DNA of 64,000 nt, taken from the NCBI RefSeq assembly GCF_009914755.1, contig NC_060931.1, one strand, 5' to 3'. The stretch's first letter is position 1. Every line of letters begins with the position of its first letter. Below are positions 54,678 through 64,000 of the stretch, in pieces. This DNA comes from the human T2T-CHM13v2.0 reference genome, Homo sapiens. Made by a program: the position numbers and the translations under genes. The notes beneath the pieces are model-generated. The model did no database searches, had not been told where the DNA came from, and was given only the letters and a program-made list of their open reading frames with translations.

Positions 54678-55070
54678 TGAAATGAAATGAAATGATGAAA
54701 TGATGACATGAAATGAAATGTTGAAACGAAATTAGGAAATGATGAAATGAAATGAAATGAAATGATAAAATGATGAAATGAAATGAAATGATGAGATGAA
54801 ATGAAACAGTGAAATGATGAAATGAAATGCTGAAATGAAATGAAATGATGAAATGAGATGATGAGATGAAATGAAATGATGAAATGATGAAATGGAATGA
54901 TGAAATGAAATGGTGCAATGAAATGAGGAAATGAAATGCTGAAATGAAATGATGAAGTGAAATGGTGAAATGAAATGAAATGATGAAATGATGAAATGAA
55001 GAAATGGTATGAAATGATGAAATGAAATGATGAAATGAAGTGAAATGATGAAATGATGAAATAATGAAAT
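54678..55070 (+). repeat. (GAAAT)n/(GAT) mixed tandem block
   Basis: gaaatgaaatgaaatgatgaaatgatg... for ~390 bp. Confidence 0.95.
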
Positions 55071-55270
55071 GAGGGGTGGAGCCAAGATGGCCGAATAGGA
55101 ACAGCTCCGGTCTACAGCTCCCAGCATGAGCGACGCAGAAGACGGGTGATTTCTGCATTTCCATCAGAGGTACCAGGTTCATCTCACTAAGGGAGTGCCA
55201 AACAGTGGGTGCAGGACAGTGGGTGCAGCCCACCGTGTGGGAGCCGAAGCAGGGTGAGGCATTGCCTCAC

Positions 55271-55525
55271 TCAGGAAGCACAAGGGGTCAGGAAGTTCCC
55301 TTTTCTTGTCAAAGAACGGGGTGACAGACGGCACCTGGAAAATCGGGTCACTCTCACCCTAATACTGCACTTTTCCAACAGGCTTGGAAAACGGCACACA
55401 AGGAGATTGTGTCCTGCACATGGCTCGGAGGGTCTTATGCCACTGGAGTCTTGCTGATTGCTAGCATGGCACTCTGAGATCAAACTGCAAGGTGGCAGCG
55501 AGGCTGGGGGAGTGGGGCCCGCCAT
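55271..55525 (-). CDS. L1 ORF0 (antisense ORF of the 5' UTR), open, 84 aa; expression unproven
   Basis: MAGPTPPASLPPCSLISECHASNQQDSSGIRPSEPCAGHNLLVCRFPSLLEKCSIRVRVTRFSRC... matches primate ORF0 (MAGAPPPASLPPCSLISDCCASNQRDS...). Confidence 0.6.
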   Translation of the reverse strand: MAGPTPPASLPPCSLISECHASNQQDSSGIRPSEPCAGHNLLVCRFPSLLEKCSIRVRVTRFSRCRLSPRSLTRKGNFLTPCAS

Positions 55526-56101
55526 TGCCCTGGCTTTCTTAGGTAAACAAAGCAGCCAGGCAGCTGGAACTGGGTGGAACCCACAACAGCTCCAGGAGGC
55601 CTGCCTGCCTCTGTAGGCTCCACCTCTGGGGGCAGGGCATAGACACACAAAAAGTTAGCAGTAACCTCTGCAGACTTAAATGTCCCTGTCTGACAGCTTT
55701 GAAGAGAGTAGTGGTTCTCCCAGCATGCAACTGGAGATCTGAGACTGGGCAGACTGCCTCCTAAAGTGGGTCACTGAACTCCGAGCAGCCTAACAGGGAG
55801 GCACCCCCCTGTAGGGACAGACTGACACCTCACTCGGCTGGGTAGTCCTCTGAGACCAAACTTCCAGAGGAATGATCAGACAGCTGAATTTGTGGTTCAC
55901 GAAAATCCGCTGTTCTGCAGACACTGCTGCTGATACCCAGGCAAACAGGGTCTGGCGTGGACCTCTAGTAAACTCCAACAGACCTGCGGCTGAGGGTCCT
56001 GTCTGTTAGAAGGAAAACTAACAAACAGAAAGGACACCCACACCAAAAACCCATCTGTACATCACCATCATCAAAGACCAAAAGTCGATAAAACCACAAA
56101 G

Positions 56102-57106
56102 ATGGGGAGAAAACAGAGCAGAAAAACTGGAAACTCTAAAAAGCAGAGTGCCTCTCCTTCTCCAAAGGAATGCAGTTCCTCACCAGCAACGGAACAAAAC
56201 TGGACAGAGAATAACTTTGACGATTTGAGAGAAGAAGGCTTCAGATGATCAAACTACTGTGAGCTACAGGAGGAAATTCAAACCAATAGCAAAGAAGTTG
56301 AAAACTTTGAAAAACAATTAGACGAATGTATAACTGGAAAAACCAATGCAGAGAAATGCTTAAAGGATCTGATGGAGCTGAAAGCCAAGTTTTGAGAACT
56401 ACGTGAAGAAGGCAGAAGCCTCAGGAGCCGATGCAATCAACTGGAAGAGAGGGTATCAGTGATGGAAGATGAAATGAATGAAACGAAGGGAGAAGGGAAG
56501 TTTAGAGAAAAAAGAATAAAAAGAAACGAATAAAGACTCCAGGAATTATGGGACTCTGTGAAAAGACCAAACCTACGTTTGATTGGTGTACCTGAAAGTG
56601 ACAGGGAGAATGGAACTAAGTTGGAAAGCACTCTGCAAGATATTATCCAGGAGGACTTCCCCAATCTAGCAAGGCAGGCCAACATTCAGATTCAGGAAAC
56701 ACAGAGAACGCCACAAAGATACTCCTCAAGAAGAGAAACTCCAAGACACATAATTGTCAAATTCAACAAAGTTGAAATGAAGGAAAAAATGTTAAGGGCA
56801 GCCAGAGAGAAAGGTCGGGTTACCCACAAAGGGAAGCCCATCAGACTAACAGCTGATCTCTCGGCAGAAACTCTTCAAGCCAGAAGAGAGTGGGGGCCAA
56901 TATTCAACATTCTTAAAGAAAATAATTTTCAACCCAGAATTTCATATCCAGCCAAACTAAGCTTCATAAGTGAAGGAGAAATAAAATCCTTTACAGACAA
57001 GCAAATGCTGATAGATTTACTTGCCCTAAAAGAGCTCCTGAAGGAAGCACTAAATATGGAAAGGAACAACTGGTACCAGCCACTGCAAAAACATGCCAAA
57101 TTGTAA
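56102..57106 (+). pseudogene. L1 ORF1p, disrupted
   Basis: ATG 56102 (MGRKQSRKTGNSK). In-frame TGA at 56246 plus later stops. C-terminal half open (KRPNLRLIGVPESD...ARREW...YPAKLS). ~12-nt deletion near 57020. Confidence 0.9.
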
Positions 57107-57169
57107 AGACCATTGAGACTAGGAAGAAACTGCATCAACTAACGAGCAAAATAACCAGCTAACATCATA

Positions 57170-57339
57170 ATGACAGGATCAAATTCACACATAACAATAT
57201 TAACTTTAAATGTAAATGGGCTAAATGCTCCAATTAAAAGACACAGACTGGCAAATTGGATAAGGAGACAAGACCCATCAGTGTGCTGTATTCAGGAAAC
57301 CCATCTCACGTGCAGAGACACACATAGACTCAACATAAA
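57170..57339 (+). pseudogene. L1 ORF2p endonuclease N-terminal stub
   Basis: MTGSNSHITILTLNVNGLNAPIKRHRLANWIRRQDPSVCCIQETHLTCRDTHRL, then runs into non-L1PA sequence. Confidence 0.92.
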
Positions 57340-58279
57340 TAAAATATATTAGTTTCCTTCATACAGCTATAAAACATACAGGAATATTTTTGTCAATGTC
57401 TACTACAAATCCAATATAGCAGTAATCATAAAACCCACCAGATATTGAAGAAAAAATATGTAGAGTACCTCAATTACAAATGTTGATACTAAAATGCCAA
57501 ATAAAATAAAAATAATATCCAACAATATTTGAAACAGTAAGACAAGAAATTGGCAAAAAAAATAAAACAAATATCCACATTGGGGATGAAAGTGTGTTTC
57601 CAAATTTGGTAATCCAATAATATTAATAATCATATTGATTAGCCCAAATTAAAAATAAATAGGGGATTCTCAGTACATGTTAAAATATATTTGTTAAAAG
57701 GCAATATTCATGTCTTTAAAGATTTTAAGTGCTATAAAGAGTCTGATATTCTATATGCAAACGTGTATGTCCATTAGAAGAGAGGCTTGATTTTCATATG
57801 TTACTACATAGAGATAGAGAAGTGGATAGAGTAATTTGCATACGCATAGAGAAAGCATAAAATAGAAATTGACTATCATATTAAAGGAATTTTAATTCAA
57901 CAATAAAATAATTCAAAGGTAAAATTTTAAATATTTTTAACAGGTACATTATTAATATTAGATAATATTTATAATAATTGTGAAAATATTCAATACTAAA
58001 GTAAGATACAATGTCTAAACATCAGCATTAAAACTAGTATAAATATTTGCTTATTTATACAAGGAAAATGCAAGCTCAACCAAAATTATATAGGAAATAA
58101 AAGAAAAATTTTAAGGGAGCTCTTTAATATCATTAACATATATATATACACACACGCATATAACATGTATATATGTTATATGGGATATATATAGATTTAA
58201 CATGTTATATCTATATTTGTATCTATAACTACAGCTGTATGTAACTACATTTCTATATATTTACTCAGTTATATAAATA

Positions 58280-58640
58280 CAGACTGGAATAAATATGAAG
58301 ACACATATGATTCTTGGATAAAAAGGATTTAGTATCATAAAGACAAATTATTTCCAAATTCACTTATGAATTCACAACAATATACAGTTTCATTAGTATA
58401 ATTTAAAATTTTTAAATAAATTCCAAGATTCATTTAAAGGAATATACATGTATACAAGCAGTCAAGAAAGAAGCAAGAGTGCACTAAACTAACTTGCTAT
58501 TAAAATACATTTTTAAACTTAGTCACTAAAACTGAGCAGTACTGATTTGGAGTACTGGAATTTAGGTATATGGGATCTCAAAAGCACAGAGCTCAAAGGA
58601 GACCCCTGTATGCACGAGAGCTTAGGATGTGCTTTAGAAG
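58280..58640 (+). mobile_element. Ancient L1M ORF2 remnant
   Basis: tatgattcttggataaaaaggatttagtatcataaagacaaattatttccaaatt resembles L1 catgttcatggataggaagactcaatattgtaaagatgtcaattctccccaaatt. Confidence 0.5.
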
Positions 58641-59299
58641 GCATTACCATACCACGGGGAAAGTTCCTTTAGTGTCTTAGTCTTACTAGGTTTGAAAAGC
58701 CAGAGAAAAGACTCAAGACCACCATATAAGAGCAAAACAAAAGGACAGGGAGAGAATGTGAAGATAGTGAAACATTTTACGTAAAGTTTTATAAAACATC
58801 CTTTAAAGAAAATGTAAAGTTTAGGATATACATCAAAATCAGCAGAGCCACTAAATAAATAAATAGGCATTGTAAAATAGCAAGAGAAAATTTGAATGGA
58901 TTTCTAAAAAATATTGACACCTATGATTTTTAAAACATGTTTAAGAAATCCTGTATTTCACAGGGCAGCCTTTCACAACACAGATATGTTAGGACATAAA
59001 GGTAATTCTGTTTTTAATTTACTAGTGGGTATAGGGTTACAAATGTTTTCTACCCTTGTCTTTTGTCTGATGGTGCAAAAGATTTTCATAAGCATGTATT
59101 TCTGAATGCCTGATGGATTGATATATATAATACGCCGCTAGTATTAAAATATGTGTGGAAAACGCATTCAATCTTCTCACTGTTTACATAAATTCTAGGT
59201 TTCTCCTATTTACCTCAAGCACGTATGGAGCAAATTCTTACCTTTTAATATTGCCGTGGCATTCACATTGAACATAAGTTAAACTCTCTCATATGGTAG

Positions 59300-60160
59300 C
59301 TGGGTTCAGATTCCCTTGACAATTTCCAGTTCTAACCCTCACAGATCCTCAGTGTGGCTGGCCCAGATATTGACCCTGCACAGTTGCCTCCTCCTGGTGA
59401 CTACCAGCTATGGAACCGTTGGATACAACCTACCTGACTCACCCCACAGACCTCACAGCGCACATGGACAGCCCCCACATGCCAGAGTGACCTGCTTGGT
59501 TGCAGCAGGAGTCAAGAAAGGTGCCTTCTGGCACTCACCCCACTGACTAGTGCCCCGTGGAAAACTTATTTGGGTAATGTTCTGGGCCCAATAAAGGCTG
59601 GACTCCCACAGACCCCTTTTCTCTCTCCTGCTCCCCACTCATCTTCCCCATTTTCTTCAGCCCTGTGAGGTGTGCTACTGTATTAGTCCATTTTCACACC
59701 ACCAGTAAAGACATGCCCAAGACTGGGTAATTTCCAGAAGAAAGAGGTTTAATAGACGCATAGTTCCACATGGCTGGGTAGGCCTCACAATCATGGTGCA
59801 AGGTGAAAGGCACGTCTCACATGGCAGCAGACAAGACAAGAGAGCTTGTGCAGGGAAACTCCCCTTTATAAAACCATCAGATCTTGTGAGACTTATTCAC
59901 TATCAGAAGAACAGCATGGGAAAGACCTGCCCTCATGATTCAATTACCTCCCACCTGTTCCCTCCCACAACATGTGGGAATTCTAGATGAGATTTGGCTG
60001 GGGACACAGCTAAACCCTCTTCTCAGCTACCCTCTTCTCTCTGGATCTGTGAGTAATAAACCTACTTCTGTGATTTCCCATGTTTGATTCTGTGACCTCC
60101 ATGGGTCTGAGCTGACCTACACTGGAACCTAACTCTCCTCCTGGCCAGGGTCTCTGAGAG
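59300..60160 (+). mobile_element. Old ERVL-type LTR (MER54/MER73/MER74 group) split by THE1
   Basis: cagctatggaaccgttggatacaacctacctgactcacccc...cagagtgacctgct...aataaaggct, resuming after THE1 with ggatctgtgagtaataaacctacttctg. Subfamily uncertain. Confidence 0.55.
59679..60025 (-). mobile_element. THE1B-like MaLR solo LTR
   Basis: tgtattagtccattttcacac...aaaccatcagatcttgtgagacttattcacta...gagatttggctggggacacagctaaacc. 5-bp TSD GCTAC at 59674-59678 and 60026-60030. Confidence 0.92.
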
Positions 60161-61597
60161 TGGCTCTTATCAGAAAAACACAGGACACAGGTCAGGCAAC
60201 AGTCACCAGGCATATCCCAGTCTCAACAGATATTCTGTGAGAGGGAGGCCTGGTCGTGGGATGTACACCTGGCCACTGCTGCGGTAAGGAAGTGTCCTGT
60301 GAAAGGCACATGTTAAGCATCCACAACCCCCTGACCAGAACCCCAGAAAGGCAGGGCTCCAATTGACAGTCACTCTCCAGAGACAAACCTCAAGCCCTAA
60401 CTGGAGGAAAAGAAAACAATGTAAAAAGTTGAATTTATCTTACTATTTCAATGATCCAGTAAAGACATTCTATGCCTGTACACCACATATTTTCTTCGAT
60501 TGTGGATTTATTTTAGATAGAATTTTAGGTCTGGCTTTCACTTTAGCCTGGTCCCTACCTCAAGCATAAGGTAAAGATTTTCCATGCGTTCTTTTCTGGT
60601 ACTACTACCTGCCAGTGTGGGGTCATGTCCTAGTCTATCTTGAGGGAATCCCCCTGTTCATTATTGTCAGAGTGAGACTGTTAAGTCTTGATTTCCCTGG
60701 ACAACTTCACTGCATGACTTTTAATATGATTTTTTAATATACCCTTTACTGGACAATAAATTATATAGTTATCTGAGTAAGAGATATGATCAGGAAGAGG
60801 CATTGCCTCATTCAGCTTTTCTCTTTGGTGAACTCGCATATGTTCTCCTCACCCGCTAGTCACCTCTAAACCGTGTTGTTCCAAGACAACAAACAGAACT
60901 CGAGTGTGTATCTTTCACCACTGGATTTGTGTTTGTTCCATAAAGCTTCATGCTTAATAGGGTTTCTGTTAGCATTTTCTCTATTTATTTTCCCATAAAA
61001 TATCACAAGCCTTCTTCATATGGAATTATGGGTGATTTCCTTCAATCTGCATCATATCAAGTTGAGGTGCATGTTGACGAAAAGTAAAACATACGTTGAC
61101 AATATCAGTAAGGATGTTTTCCCCTCCTTTTTAGCACCTGTGCTTGTGATACAAGCAGATTTTAATACAATTGTAGTCTCATGCTTTGATCATTCCTATG
61201 ATGAAAATAACATTTTTAGATAAAATATCTGAGTTTTATGAGGCCTTTAGTGTGTGATGTGATAGAATATCAGAAGACCATACTTTTTTCTAGTTTTCCG
61301 TGCAATTCTATCATTGTTACATCTTTACACCTACCAGAGTAATTTTCCAAAACAGATGTCTTGTCATTCTTCCTGTTGTTATCAGTAAATAAGTGAAATG
61401 AAAAGCTAGATTATGTAATTTATCTAGAACAAGAAAGTAGAATTGAATCTATATTCATTAACGAGACTAACCAGTCAATTACACAGATAGGCATTTTACA
61501 TTTTGAAGATGATAGGGACCCATTGTCAGAAACATTATTATTTATGTCTATATGGACATCACCTGTGCATATTTACATAGAAATCAATGAGAGCTGA

Positions 61598-61906
<309 letters not shown>

Positions 61907-62889
61907 GGAAGCTGATTTTTAAAATACTGAGATCATATAGATGACAGCACCTGAAAAATAGACAACACCAAGCTTTATGTTAAAAGGTGTGAGGGTAGCA
62001 ATATTGTTTTGGCTATTTGGGGAGGAAAACATTACTAAAACCAGTAAGTTAAAGCTCTTGCTTTAAACTTTGGCTTTAATTTAACAAATGTTCTATGGAA
62101 TGACAGTATGTATGTAACCATGCTATGCCCATTCAGAGATGCAGTAGAGGGAAGAATTTCTCAAAGACAACTCTTCTAAGACTCAAATTAAACCGTACTG
62201 AGTTTGAAAAGAGAAAGTCCAGGAATTACCAAGTATTTTAGATATCAGATACAAGAGAATGCCAGGTATGCGACGATAATCAGCAATGATTGTTCACACA
62301 ATACATCAGCTCATTATTTGAATTAGCTTTTGAATTACAAAGACAAATGGATCAAGTCTAGACTCTTTAGTATATAAATCTTATTAGGCTGATATGTGTT
62401 TTCCCCTGGTTTTCCACAAGGATATTACAAATTTGCAAACCTCAGCTGCTCTCATTTTATGCTCTCACCAAACCAAAAGCTGAAGTTCATCAATCAGTGT
62501 GTCTAAGTGTTCACTGGTTATATACCATTTTGTAGTTTCAGCTGTCTTTCCAACTTCCTAAATCATCACCTTCATTTGATCTTGTTTTTTTCCACTATCA
62601 CTTCTTTTTTGACCATATAAATAATATAAGTAAGTTCTTATTTTGTTATTGTTCATTTTAGTCTAATTTCATCAAAAGATCACAATCTTTTAATTTCATT
62701 TTAATTTCAAAGATTAAATGAAACCTACATAGAAATGAGTGTAATATTTGCATTTGCATTATTTTGGCATCAATTTGCTGTCCTCCCTCATGCACATAGA
62801 GATCATTTCCATATACGTGATTTCAAACATCCAAGTGCAGTATTAAAAGCAGTTGTAAATTATGGTTCTCATTTTCATGATACAATTAC

Positions 62890-63703
62890 AATATAAACTT
62901 CCTCTTGCTGCTGTAACCAATTACCACAAACTTCATATCTTACAATAAAATGACCTTTAATCCTACTGTTCTGTAGTTCAGAAGCCTTAAATGAAACTCA
63001 CAGGGCTAACATCAAGGTTTGGGCAGGGCTGCAGTCTTTCTGAGGGCTATGTGGCAGAATCTATTACTTGATTTTTTTCAGCATCCAGAGGCCACCTTTA
63101 TTCCTTGGAACATGACCTCATTCTTACATCCTATTTTTCTTTTTTTTTTTTTGATGGAGTCTCCTTCTGTCACCCAGGCTGGAGTGCAGTGGCATGATCT
63201 CAGCTCACTGCAACCTCTGCCTCCCGGCTTCAAGTGATTCTTCTGCCTCAGCTTCCTGAGTAGCTTGGACTACAGACACTTGCCACTATGCCCAGTTAAT
63301 TTTTTGTATTTTTAGTAGGGATGGGGTTTCACCATGTTAGCCAGGATGGTCTCGATCTCCTGACCTCGTGATAAACCCAGCCCAGCTTCCCAAAGTGCTG
63401 GGATTAGGCGTGAGCCACTGCACTGGGTCGTCATTCTTGTATGTTAAAAGTCAGTGATGTTGAGTAATTTCTCATGCCACCACCTCCAAGGTTGCCTTTC
63501 TTCTGCCTTCTTCTTTCACTTATAAGGAAATTTGTGCTTTCACTGATCCCACCCATTTAAGACAATCTCTCTATCATTTTTCCACAAACTTAATTTCACT
63601 TGAAATCTAATTTCACACTGCTGTGCAACCTAACATATTTGTACGTTAGACTCTGGGAATTAGGACATGAAAATTTTGGGGAGGCCATTCTTTGGCCTAC
63701 AGC
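62890..63703 (-). mobile_element. MLT1C/D-like MaLR LTR interrupted by an Alu
   Basis: ttgctgctgtaaccaattaccacaaactt...atcaaggtttgggcagggctgca... resumes after the Alu to ctctgggaattaggacatg...gggaggccattct...gcctacagca. Confidence 0.75.
63134..63429 (-). mobile_element. AluS (Sc-like) element
   Basis: Antisense dimer with aggatggtctcgatctcctgacctcgtgat. Flanking tcattctt repeats. Confidence 0.9.
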
Positions 63704-63792
63704 AGTCATAATCTATTTTACCTGCAGATTAAAGCGTTCTTTATTTTTCTGTCTCCCTCTCTTAATTTTTTTAAAATAATATGAATTTTAGT

Positions 63793-64000
63793 AAAGAGAA
63801 AGAAAGAAAAGGAAACAAAGAAAGAAAAAGAAGGAAGGAAAGAAGGAAGGAAGGAAATAAAGAAAGAAAGAAGAAAGAAAAGAAGGAGGAAATGAGGGAA
63901 GGAAGGGAAGGAGGGAGGAAGGGAGAAAGGCAGGAAGGGAGAAAAAAAGCATGAACACAAGAAGGAAAGAAGGAAATAAAGAAAGAGGAAGAAAGAGAGA
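63793..64000 (+). repeat. Polypurine (GAAA/GGAA)n low-complexity tract, runs off the window end
   Basis: Almost exclusively A/G. Confidence 0.9.

Larger units (their letters stand above)
55071..57339 (+). mobile_element. L1PA3/L1PA4-type LINE-1: complete 5' UTR, ORF1, start of ORF2; 3'-truncated
   Basis: Begins gaggggtggagccaagatggccgaatagg (YY1 site 55083-55093). 5' UTR is ~1030 nt and retains the ~129-bp segment absent from L1HS/PA2. Similarity stops at 57339 with no poly(A). Confidence 0.95.

Noticed and set aside
54661-55233. FHFIISS-rich minus-strand ORFs (190 and 131 aa)
   Set aside because: Translation of the (ATTTC/ATC)n repeat.
55071-57339. Active full-length L1
   Set aside because: ORF1 has premature stops, ORF2 is truncated after ~55 codons, and there is no 3' UTR or poly(A).
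63718-63960. Phe/Ser/Leu-rich minus ORF resembling a membrane peptide
   Set aside because: Translation of the polypurine/polypyrimidine simple repeat.

Overview
Primate (human or great-ape) pericentromeric DNA with no intact protein-coding gene. Bases 1-31.06 kb are a diverged classical satellite II (HSat2) array. It switches strand abruptly at 17229 (GGAAT strand to CATTC strand) across a 1-nt-spacer palindrome, and ends in a short pure-pentamer HSat3-like tip carrying an Alu fragment. The rest is a mosaic of segmental-duplication pieces. First is an AT-rich block of old L1/L2/LTR/DNA-transposon remnants that includes a tiny young L1 3' end with an apparent 3' transduction. Next come a 1.5-kb GC-rich GCTTTTTGC/CAAAAAG tandem array and an unprocessed KSR1 exon-1/intron-1 pseudogene fragment (KSR1P1-like). 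These are followed by a (GAAAT/GAT)n block, a 5'-intact but 3'-truncated L1PA3/4-type element with open ORF0, and more LTR/Alu sequence including a THE1 solo LTR with a DUX4 site. Nearly all ORFs in the supplied track are satellite or low-complexity artefacts. Repeat subfamily calls are from remembered consensus sequences, not a RepeatMasker run. The chromosome cannot be fixed from sequence alone because these blocks are multicopy.
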